Of a DNA stretch of 64,000 bases, positions 29,123-38,157 are shown piece after piece. The notes under the pieces are model-generated. The model ran no database searches, was not told the DNA's origin, and saw nothing but the letters and a program-made list of their open reading frames with translations. The position numbers and the translations under genes are program-made. Numbering within the stretch: position 1 is the first letter of the stretch; every line of letters starts with the position of its first letter. The stretch is from a bacterium (GTDB lineage Bacteria > Patescibacteriota > Minisyncoccia > Phycocordibacterales > VMGT01), in NCBI GenBank assembly GCA_030697645.1, contig JAUYPI010000006.1, forward strand, positions 12,017 to 76,016. The letters run 5' to 3'.

Positions 29123-29503
29123 TCACGCTATGCCCAAAGCGATGTTAAGGCGGCGATGAGCACGAGCGATGGCAAGACGTGCTCTCCGTTCTTTTTGGCG
29201 ACATCTGTGACAAACAGGTTCGTTTTCAATGCGCATACTGACCAGTTCGACTTTTTTGCATCTGTAACACCGCTCATGAACGGAAGAGTCATAGTAGCGA
29301 GCGTTGCTATAGCAGTTTTCGCAAATTGGCTCCCTGTCTTCGGTGCGTACTTTGACTGATTTCACCCGCCCGCACACGGAACATTTTTCGTGTGTAGCAG
29401 GATCTTTCTTCCGACACTCCTGGCAACGCAACTTTCCGGATTTACGATTTAGCTGGACTCTTTTTTCTTCTCCGCATACACTGCATATTCCCTGCATCGC
29501 CAC
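29123..29503 (-). CDS. Triple zinc-ribbon (CxxC x6) protein
   Basis: 126 aa. Three tandem CxxC-(16-17 aa)-CxxC modules. Confidence 0.5.
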   Translation of the reverse strand: MAMQGICSVCGEEKRVQLNRKSGKLRCQECRKKDPATHEKCSVCGRVKSVKVRTEDREPICENCYSNARYYDSSVHERCYRCKKVELVSMRIENEPVCHRCRQKERRARLAIARAHRRLNIALGIA

Positions 29504-29776
29504 CTCCTCGTTTATGAACAGGGTGAGATAATCGAAATTCTATTTCTTTCTTACCACAGGTGTCTTACAGGAGTCAACCGCGCCTCCCGTAATTTTTTCC
29601 CTATTCCTAATTTTTGGAGTTCAGATTTCCTAAACTCTGTCCGACATCCGATGTCGGAGTCGGACAGGAGATCCTATCATTCCCTCCCCGTGGCCTTTTG
29701 GCGTGGAGTGCACACGGGTACCTTTCTCTGGCGTATACCGAATGCATCAAGGCGATGGATTTAGTATAGTATACGT

Positions 29777-29986
29777 ATGGAAACAAACGACGTCATACAG
29801 AAACTCGAGGCTCACGAAAAAAAGCTTGACGCGATATTTCGGTCTACGGAAAAAACGCGCAGGTATATATTCTGGACTATGATTGGCAGCATCGTTGTAT
29901 TCGTACTGCCCCTCATCGGTCTCTTATTCGTGGTGCCTTATTTTTTGAGCGTGTATTCCTCAATGTATCAGGGATTGGGGCTCTGA
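29777..29986 (+). CDS. Small membrane protein
   Basis: 69 aa. One TM helix (IFWTMIGSIVVFVLPLIGLLFVV). Confidence 0.3.
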   Translation: METNDVIQKLEAHEKKLDAIFRSTEKTRRYIFWTMIGSIVVFVLPLIGLLFVVPYFLSVYSSMYQGLGL

Positions 29987-29993
29987 TACATTC

Positions 29994-31106
29994 CTATCGT
30001 GGAGAAGATGCAGGATTCGTCTGGCGGAGCGGGATCGTGAATCGTATGGTAGTGCCTTCGTTTTCAGCGCTGGTGAAATCCATCTTACCGCCGTGGTTTT
30101 CGACGATATTTTTCGCCATGTAGAGGCCGAGGCCGGTGCCGGCGGTAGCATAGAGTTTAGCATTTCTGGCGCGGAAGAATTGATCGAAGACCTGGCGCTG
30201 TTGCTCCTTCGGGATGCCAATGCCGGTGTCTGCGACGCTGACCTCGATGTCTCGCGCCTTCTTTCGTACGGTGAGCGCGACCGCACCTCCTTCAGGCGTA
30301 TATTTGATCGCGTTGTTGATAAGGTTGTCAATAACGATGCCGACTTTTTCTGCGTCGATCGAAATTGAGGGCAGCACGGAGGGCAGAGAGATTGAGAAAG
30401 CGACTCGCTTACGCTTGGCAACAGGACGCGTTGCGTTAACGACCTTTTCAATAATCGGCAGGAAATCCTGTTCCACCGGCACGAAGCCAAAGCGTCCTTC
30501 CTCGATGCGCGCAGTGTCGAGGAGGTCGCTAATGAGCTCTGTCGCAGTGACTGTCACCCCGAGGCTCTCATTGAGTATTTTGAGCTGTTCCTCACTGAGC
30601 GGCCCGAGTTCGCCGTCAACAAGCGACTGGAGCGACCAACGCACGCCTGTGAGAGGTGTCCGGAGCTGGTGCGCCGCGACTGAGACGAATTCTGATTTGA
30701 CGAGATCAAGGCCTTCGAGGCGCGTGTTCGCGCTCGAGAGCTCGATATCACGGCGCACGAGCACCTTGCCGACCTCGCTGAATTCACCCGCGACGCGGGA
30801 ATACTCATCGTTCGCCCGGGAGGACTCTCGGTCTTTGCGCACGAGAAGCCGTGCGCTATCGGTGTTCTCGTGAAGCCATACTTCGAGCTCTTGGTTGTGT
30901 TTGCTGAGCGTGCGCACGGCGCTGAACGCTGCCGTCGCCGCCCCCGCTGCAGTGAGGGCGGTGAGAGCGCCCCAGAGCACGCGGTTAAGCAGGCCTGCCG
31001 TTAAAATCGCGGCCGCAGTCACGAGCGGCGAGAGAAGGAGCGCGAGGGTAAGGCGGAGGCGGGGGGAGAGAGTAAAGATATTGCCGGCATGTTTGGGAAA
31101 GTGCAT
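29994..31106 (-). CDS. Sensor histidine kinase (2 TM, HisKA plus HATPase_c)
   Basis: H-box AAHQLRTPL, N-box DNLINNAIKYTP, DTGIGIP, GTGLGLY. ORF track start 31121 is TTG. ATG at 31106. Confidence 0.8.
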   Translation of the reverse strand: MHFPKHAGNIFTLSPRLRLTLALLLSPLVTAAAILTAGLLNRVLWGALTALTAAGAATAAFSAVRTLSKHNQELEVWLHENTDSARLLVRKDRESSRANDEYSRVAGEFSEVGKVLVRRDIELSSANTRLEGLDLVKSEFVSVAAHQLRTPLTGVRWSLQSLVDGELGPLSEEQLKILNESLGVTVTATELISDLLDTARIEEGRFGFVPVEQDFLPIIEKVVNATRPVAKRKRVAFSISLPSVLPSISIDAEKVGIVIDNLINNAIKYTPEGGAVALTVRKKARDIEVSVADTGIGIPKEQQRQVFDQFFRARNAKLYATAGTGLGLYMAKNIVENHGGKMDFTSAENEGTTIRFTIPLRQTNPASSPR

Positions 31107-31124
31107 GGGAGTAAAATGCAAAGT

Positions 31125-31335
31125 TCAAAGCGCAAAACGCAAAACAACAACGCAAAATAACACAGTAAAATTCGAATTTCCAACCAACAAGCTCCAAATC
31201 AAATAAATTCCAAGCTCCAACCAACAAGCTCCAAACAAATTTCAAATTCCAATGCATCAAATCTCAAACACGCACGTCGTGTTTGGAAATTGGATTTTGA
31301 ATATTGGGATTTGTTTGGAAATTGTTTTTTGGAAA
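31125..31335. repeat. Family-1-variant giant palindrome (units TTCCAAA/TTTGGAA)
   Basis: Centre CTCAAACACGCACGTCGTGTTTGG. Arms with duplicated CCAACCAACAAGCTCCAAA. Outer arms GCAAAACGCAAAACAACAACGCAAAA / TTTTGCTTTTTGCACTGTTGTTTTTCGC. Confidence 0.6.
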
Positions 31336-31387
31336 TTGGAGATTCGTTTTGCTTTTTGCACTGTTGTTTTTCGCTTTACACTTTGCG

Positions 31388-32590
31388 TTACTTCGTCCCA
31401 ATCCCCACAATCGTAATCGTCCCATTATGGAACAGCGTCGGCTCGGGTGCAGTGCCGCCGCCGATCGCGTGTATCGCGGGCGCGTACTCGCCGTAGCTTG
31501 CAATGCCGAGAAGCGGCGTATCACGCCCCACGATATCAAGAATAGCGTTGGTTTCGTCTTTGATCATAGCACCGAGGAGTTTTTTGCGTGAGATGCTCTC
31601 AAAGACGAGGAGGAGTTTCAGCGAGACGTGTGAGCGCTTCAAGCGCTCCATCAGGCCCTCGGTCGCGGTGCATGCAGCAGTCAGCGCTTTTTCTTTGCTC
31701 CCGATCATGAGACGAACCCGAGCGCCCTCGGGTATTGCCGCGGCGAGAGTGAGCGAACCGTCTTCTTCTGCCCTGAGGGGATTTCGGATGAGGTACTCAT
31801 CGCTCACGCCAGTGCGGACGCCAAGTGGGTAGCCGAGTGCCGAATGTGCGAGTGGCTCGGCGCGAAGTTTTGATAGATCTTCCCCGAAATAGTCTTCGTA
31901 GATAGACGCAGCTCTCCTTCCCTCGAGTTCAAAAACGCGCGTACCTTCTGCGCGCGTTACTCTCTGCGGTATGCCGACCGGTATCCAGCCGCCTTCGACG
32001 CCGATGCCGAGCACGCATTCGCCTGAGATCGCACAACCGACAAGAGCGTCGTCTCCAACGAGAGCGTCCCGGTACTGGAACGTCCGCTCGAACGTGAGCT
32101 CATCACTTGCCGCCACTCCGGCAGCCGGTATATTCGCACCGAGCACACTCTGCAAGCCCCCGAGCACCTCGGCAGCGCCGCCTCGGAGCATATTAGCGAA
32201 GAGGAGGAGTCCGACGAGCTCCCCGGTGGCGAGTTCCCTGATTTCTTGCCCTACGAGGGCGCCTGCGGCGCGGGCGCCGTTTTTCATGAGCCCCATACCG
32301 GAGGCGAATGTGACTGAGTCGCTCTCGAGCGCGACGACCGCTACCGTCTGGTCAACGGGGCCTTCATTCGTGAGGATCCCCGTGGCTGAACAGCCGACAA
32401 GGGGAGCGTTGCCGCTTGCGTCCCGCACGCCGCGGACGAGCGCCTCCTGGTCGTAGAGTGTAGAAGCGAATACCAAAAGCTGCGTCGGCCGCTCAACCCC
32501 CGCCCTCTCAAGGGCGCTCTGAGCTGCCGCAAAACCCGCTTGGTGCGCGTCGTGTTCTTTGGCGGTGCCGACTCCGACGATGAGAGACAT
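31388..32590 (-). CDS. FIST-domain (FIST_N plus FIST_C) sensory protein
   Basis: 400 aa. N-terminal MSLIVGVGTAKEHDAHQAGFAAAQ ... LLVFASTLYDQEALVRGVRDASGNAPLVGCSATGIL typical of FIST sensors. Confidence 0.5.
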   Translation of the reverse strand: MSLIVGVGTAKEHDAHQAGFAAAQSALERAGVERPTQLLVFASTLYDQEALVRGVRDASGNAPLVGCSATGILTNEGPVDQTVAVVALESDSVTFASGMGLMKNGARAAGALVGQEIRELATGELVGLLLFANMLRGGAAEVLGGLQSVLGANIPAAGVAASDELTFERTFQYRDALVGDDALVGCAISGECVLGIGVEGGWIPVGIPQRVTRAEGTRVFELEGRRAASIYEDYFGEDLSKLRAEPLAHSALGYPLGVRTGVSDEYLIRNPLRAEEDGSLTLAAAIPEGARVRLMIGSKEKALTAACTATEGLMERLKRSHVSLKLLLVFESISRKKLLGAMIKDETNAILDIVGRDTPLLGIASYGEYAPAIHAIGGGTAPEPTLFHNGTITIVGIGTK

Positions 32591-32801
32591 GGGGGATGAT
32601 GGCGCAACCGCTCACGCCTTAAAATTTTGCGCTCGAGCTTCGGCGTTTAGAAATAACAGTCGCCTCATTGACGAAAAACGCATAACTCGCCTGCGGGCTC
32701 AAACAGATGCGTTTTTCTATTCGGCTCCTTTATTTCCAAAACGCCTCTCGCTATGCGCAAAATTTTAAGGCGTGAGCGGTTCCGGCGTGAGAGTGGTTTG
32801 A

Positions 32802-33272
32802 CTACGTAATTCCGAGCAACTGCTCTATCTTCGCCACGATCTCGTTCGGCGATGTGTTCGCTTTGACAGCGTAGTCCGCAGCCCCGATCTGCCTTGCTTT
32901 CTCAAGGTCGTCTCGTTGACCGAGATTGGAGAGAATAAGCACGGGGATATGTTTCATCTTTTCATTCGCCTTGATCTCGCGCAGGAGCACGAAGCCGTCC
33001 TCGCCGGGAAGGATGAGATCAAGGCAAACGAGATTGATCGGCTTTTCGGCAAGGAGTGCGCGACCCTCTTCGACCGTCTCCGCCCGAAAGACGGTAAATT
33101 TCTGATCGTGGAGCTTTCGCTCAAGCATGCCGCCGAGAAACGGGTCGTCTTCAACAACGAGGAGCACAGCGCGAGTCTCCTCAGGTGAGATTTCTCGTGG
33201 AGCATCGCCTGATCCTGCCACACTGTCCGCACCGGGACCGGTGGCGCTCTCTTGAATGCTGTCATCATTCAT
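32802..33272 (-). CDS. Stand-alone response-regulator receiver (CheY-like) protein
   Basis: REC domain VLLVVEDD...LDLILPGEDG...ILSNLG...K. Probable start MNDDS at 33272 (ORF track 33398). Confidence 0.7.
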   Translation of the reverse strand: MNDDSIQESATGPGADSVAGSGDAPREISPEETRAVLLVVEDDPFLGGMLERKLHDQKFTVFRAETVEEGRALLAEKPINLVCLDLILPGEDGFVLLREIKANEKMKHIPVLILSNLGQRDDLEKARQIGAADYAVKANTSPNEIVAKIEQLLGIT

Positions 33273-33550
33273 AGAAGTATTGAGAGTATAACAAAGAGAG
33301 CGCACGGCGCACAAGGACACCCCTGTGTATAACGTGCGCTTGACAGGGGATGCAGGCCGCGTTACATTGTGATATAAGGTCAAAATGTTACATGTCAAAT
33401 GTCATGAACTCGGATTTCGAGCCCCGAATATTCGGATTTGGATAAGTCTTTTTTATCAGTTAATTTTTTACGCCGAGATCGCTTCGCACTGTCGTCCGCG
33501 CTCATCGAGGCGTCGGTAATTTCCGAAGCGATTCTCGCGTACCACATAGT

Positions 33551-34741
<1,191 letters not shown>

Positions 34742-34779
34742 CAATGGTAACCACCCACCAATAGTTCTGATTCGATTGG

Positions 34780-34910
34780 TCAAATTTTCAATTTTACAAT
34801 TTCCAATCAATTTTCAATGTGTCAATGACTCAATGACGGGCGAAGTCGTGTTTGAAAATTGGGTCATTGAAAATTCACTGAAAATTGAAAATTGTAAATT
34901 GAAAATTTCG
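34780..34910. repeat. Family-1 palindromic element, copy 10 (core in inverse orientation)
   Basis: Core CAATGACGGGCGAAGTCGTGTTTGAAAATTGGG. About 40 nt upstream of the rpsJ ATG. Confidence 0.8.
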
Positions 34911-34949
34911 AATGGGAGAGGTGGGTGGGCTTTTGCTTGATTTTTTGCC

Positions 34950-35318
34950 ATGGTTACTAAATCAACGGCTCCGCGTAAGCGCGCCGCGGCAGCGCGCAAA
35001 AAGGAGGAGGTTTCGCACAAGCTCCGCATTCGCATCCGCGCCTACGAGCACAAGATTCTTGACTCGTCCGTAAAGCAGGTCATGGACACCGCGCTTCGCT
35101 ACGATGCGCGGGTCGAGGGTCCGACGCCGCTTCCGGTTGAGATCAAAAAGTACACAGTCAACCGCTCATCGTTCGTGCACAAGAACGCGCGCGAGCAGTT
35201 CGAGATGCGCACGCACAAGCGCCTCATTGACATCCTCGACCCGGCGCCGAAGTTGATCGAAGCGCTTACGAATCTCACGTTGCCGTCGGGAGTGAATGTG
35301 GACGTGAAGATGATGTAA
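34950..35318 (+). CDS. rpsJ: Ribosomal protein S10 with basic N-terminal extension
   Basis: 122 aa. Canonical S10 core (IRIRAYEHKILDSSVKQVMDTA..., PLPVEIKKYTV). Confidence 0.9.
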   Translation: MVTKSTAPRKRAAAARKKEEVSHKLRIRIRAYEHKILDSSVKQVMDTALRYDARVEGPTPLPVEIKKYTVNRSSFVHKNAREQFEMRTHKRLIDILDPAPKLIEALTNLTLPSGVNVDVKMM

Positions 35319-35324
35319 AGGTTT

Positions 35325-35438
35325 GAGCTTTTAGCTTATAGCTGTTAGCTTTTAGGGGTTGTCGCGGCGTGCGCGAAGCACGCAATCGTTAGTCTGTCGT
35401 GCCTCTAAAAGCTATAAGCTAACAGCTAAGAGCTTTTT
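35325..35438. repeat. Family-2 palindromic element, copy d
   Basis: GAGCTTTTAGCTTATAGCTGTTAGCTTTTAGG - core with hairpin CGTGCGCGAAGCACG - CCTCTAAAAGCTATAAGCTAACAGCTAAGAGCTT. Confidence 0.6.
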
Positions 35439-35441
35439 TGT

Positions 35442-36059
35442 ATGAAATTCATTCTTGCCACCAAACAGCACATGACCCAGCTCTTCGACGAGGACGGGCG
35501 TGCATACCCGGCGACTCTACTTACCGCTGGGCCGGTTACCGTGACGCAGACGAAGAGCAAAGAGCGCGATGGCTACCGTGCGGTGCAGGTGGGTTTCGGG
35601 GCTCAGAAAGCGCAGCGGCTCTCGGCGCAGCAGCGCGGGCACCTCAAGGGGCTCGGAGCGTTTCGGACGCTCCGCGAATTTCGCTTAGCCGAGAGTGAGG
35701 CCGCGCTTGAGCGCGGCGCGATGCTCGACGTCTCGCAGTTTGCTCCGGGAGAGCGCGTGCGGGTCTCCGCTACATCGAAAGGCAAGGGCTTTCAGGGAGT
35801 GGTGAAGCGCCACGGATTCAAGGGCGGGCCGAGGAGCCACGGCCAGAAGCACTCGGAGCGCGAGCCGGGCTCGATCGGCGGCGGGGGGCGAGCCGGCGGC
35901 CGCGTCGTAAAAGGGATGCGCATGGCGGGCCGCATGGGCGGCGATCGCGTCACGGTGCGCGGTCTTCGGGTGCTCGCGGTGGACCCCGAAGCGCACGAGC
36001 TTCTCCTCCGCGGCGCGGTCCCCGGGAGGCGCGGAACGCTTGTTGAGGTGAGGGGATAG
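35442..36059 (+). CDS. rplC: Ribosomal protein L3
   Basis: 205 aa. Canonical L3 (GFKGGPRSHGQKHSERE, gly-rich loop). Confidence 0.9.
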   Translation: MKFILATKQHMTQLFDEDGRAYPATLLTAGPVTVTQTKSKERDGYRAVQVGFGAQKAQRLSAQQRGHLKGLGAFRTLREFRLAESEAALERGAMLDVSQFAPGERVRVSATSKGKGFQGVVKRHGFKGGPRSHGQKHSEREPGSIGGGGRAGGRVVKGMRMAGRMGGDRVTVRGLRVLAVDPEAHELLLRGAVPGRRGTLVEVRG

Positions 36060-36574
36060 AGGACTCTGCATGGATTTTTTCAAAATAAGGAGAGAAAATA
36101 TACCGCCGAGCACTATAGCATAATTGCTACATGGCTCGAGCGGATAGCGGTATTGCTTCTTGCTTCGCTTGTAGTCCAAAAAATTGTTTCCGGCAGCTCG
36201 TTTGTTGACACGAGCGTGGCAGGTGGGGTTTTATTGTCAGGGGTTGTGTACTACGCGGCGCTTTTATTTTTACAGAACTCGTAGTATAGTACTCGTATGG
36301 TCTCGCAACTTCTCATTTATATTGGGGGGGCGCTCATTGCGGTGATGTTTATTATTTTGGCGTATCCAATGGAGGGAAAACATGGGCATGGACGCAGTTG
36401 ATAAGTGTATACGAGAATGATATAAAGATTCATCCCCCGCCCGGAGGCGGGGGATCGTGTGAGGGGTGTGAGTAAGAGGCGTTGATGTCAGTTTGCCGCT
36501 TTTTTGGAAATCGAGCTTATCTCTGTCCAATAAAAATGACCATCACCCCTGGTGTAACGGCAAGTGGCGTAAGC

Positions 36575-36718
36575 ATTATATGCTGAAGAAAACACCTCGT
36601 GGGCAGTCGTACACAGTACCGTCTTTCAGTGTGATAGATGTTGGCTCCTTTCAGTCGGCGGTACATCCGACAACAAGTAACGCGAGCAATGCCGTAGCGA
36701 TACAAAACACTCTTTTCA
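36575..36718 (-). pseudogene. Small lipoprotein-like ORF interrupted by an in-frame TGA (possible pseudogene or read-through)
   Basis: GGAAGGG RBS, then ATG MKRVFCIATALLALLVVGC-TAD (lipobox LVVGC), TGA, then 24 more in-frame codons (KEPTSITLKDGTVYDCPRGVFFSI) before TAA. Confidence 0.25.
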
Positions 36719-36809
36719 TCGGTTTCCCTTCCATGTGATGCGAGTTATGTAGGCCAGTCTGGCTAGACCGACGTTTCGGGTTTCTACACGGAGAATTATA
36801 CAAAAATTT

Positions 36810-37475
36810 ATGCATGTCAAGTCTTATAGCCAAACAGGTGCAGAAGCGGGGACCATTGATCTTCCCGATGCCGTTTTTGCTCTGCCGTGGAACGCGGACC
36901 TCGTGCACCAGGTCGTGGTCGGCATGCAGGCGAATGCGCGCACGAATGTCGCGCACACCAAGGGTCGTGGCGAGGTGCGCGGCGGCGGGAAAAAACCCTG
37001 GAAGCAGAAGGGCACCGGCCGCGCGCGGCATGGCTCGATCCGCTCACCGCTCTGGAGGGGCGGTGGGGTGACGTTTGGTCCGACGAACGAGAAATCATAC
37101 ACACAGAAGATCAACCAGAAGATGCGCGTGAAAGCGCTGTTCACCGCGCTCTCGCAGAAGCTACGCGACGGCGAGATGCTTTTTGTGGACTCGCTCACGT
37201 TTCCCGCTCCGAAGACCGCCGACGCGAAGCGCACCGTGACGGCGCTTGCAGGTATTGAAGGGTTCGGGCGGCTCGCGACGAAGACCCGCAACACCGCCCT
37301 CCTTGCGCTCGCCCGTCGCGACGAGGCGGTCGAAAAAAGTTTCCGCAACTTCGGCAACATCAGTACGGTTGAAGCCCGCAACTTGAATCCGGTAGAGGCG
37401 TTGAAATATAAATATATAATCTTTACCGAACCGAGTGAGGTGTGTAAGATACTTGCCGAGCGACAGCGGCAGTAA
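36810..37475 (+). CDS. rplD: Ribosomal protein L4
   Basis: 221 aa. Canonical L4 (KPWKQKGTGRARHGSIRSPLWRGGGVTFGP). Confidence 0.9.
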   Translation: MHVKSYSQTGAEAGTIDLPDAVFALPWNADLVHQVVVGMQANARTNVAHTKGRGEVRGGGKKPWKQKGTGRARHGSIRSPLWRGGGVTFGPTNEKSYTQKINQKMRVKALFTALSQKLRDGEMLFVDSLTFPAPKTADAKRTVTALAGIEGFGRLATKTRNTALLALARRDEAVEKSFRNFGNISTVEARNLNPVEALKYKYIIFTEPSEVCKILAERQRQ

Positions 37476-37478
37476 GAG

Positions 37479-37614
37479 AATAATTTCCAATTTTCAATTT
37501 TGCAATTTTCAATCAATTTTCAATTATCTAATTTTCAAACACGAACGTCGCCGTGATTGAGTCATTGAAACATTGAAAATTTATTGAAAATTGAGCATTG
37601 AAAATTGAAAATTT
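37479..37614. repeat. Family-1 palindromic element, copy 11
   Basis: Starts 3 nt after rplD stop. Ends 5 nt before the rplW ATG. Confidence 0.8.
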
Positions 37615-37619
37615 CACCT

Positions 37620-38027
37620 ATGGCTTTCTTCCGCAAAAAAATACAGACATCCGAGATACCCGCGACCGCAGCGGCGCGTGACGATGCGCCACAGCACGCC
37701 CCCGGTGTTTCGGAGCACAAGCGCGCTAGTGCGCCTCGGCTCGCCTCACGTCGGTCTCTCTCCGACGTCCTCATCCGCCCCCGCATTACCGAAAAAGGCA
37801 CGATTGTCTCCGCGCACCGAGCGTACGCCTTCAACGTCGCGCCGTGGGCGAACAAGTACGAGATTGCCGCGGCGGTCCGCGCGACGTATAAGGTGACGCC
37901 AGAGAAGGTCACGGTTGCTCGCATTCCCGCAAAGGCGCGTTTCGTGCGTGGCAAATGGGGTACGAAAGTCGGAGGGAAGAAAGCGTATATTTTCCTCAAA
38001 CAGGGAGAGAAGATAGAGTTTGTCTAA
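37620..38027 (+). CDS. rplW: Ribosomal protein L23 with N-terminal extension
   Basis: ORF track 37605 (TTG in the repeat). ATG at 37620. C-terminal L23 core (LIRPRITEKG..., YIFLKQGEKIEF). Confidence 0.85.
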   Translation: MAFFRKKIQTSEIPATAAARDDAPQHAPGVSEHKRASAPRLASRRSLSDVLIRPRITEKGTIVSAHRAYAFNVAPWANKYEIAAAVRATYKVTPEKVTVARIPAKARFVRGKWGTKVGGKKAYIFLKQGEKIEFV

Positions 38028-38034
38028 TTTTACA

Positions 38035-38125
38035 TTTGACATTTGACGTTCGATCCTTGCAGGGACATCCGTCGTGGTCAAATGTTAATTGTCAAAGGTC
38101 AAATGTTGGTATTGGTTGAACTTCG
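38035..38125. repeat. Family-4 palindromic element (unit ACATTTGAC)
   Basis: ACATTTGACATTTGACG - GC-rich core TTCGATCCTTGCAGGGACATCCGTCG - TGGTCAAATGTTAATTGTCAAAGGTCAAATGT. Confidence 0.45.
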
Positions 38126-38157
38126 GCATTAATTTTTGATTTTTGCATTAAGCATCT

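Noticed and set aside
36651-36653. Genome-wide TGA recoding (as in Gracilibacteria/SR1) or selenocysteine to explain the in-frame TGA in the lipoprotein ORF
   Set aside because: rpoA, nrdJ, rpsD and many other well-defined genes terminate with TGA at the expected position. No SECIS-like hairpin is obvious directly downstream. Pseudogene or local read-through remain the possibilities.
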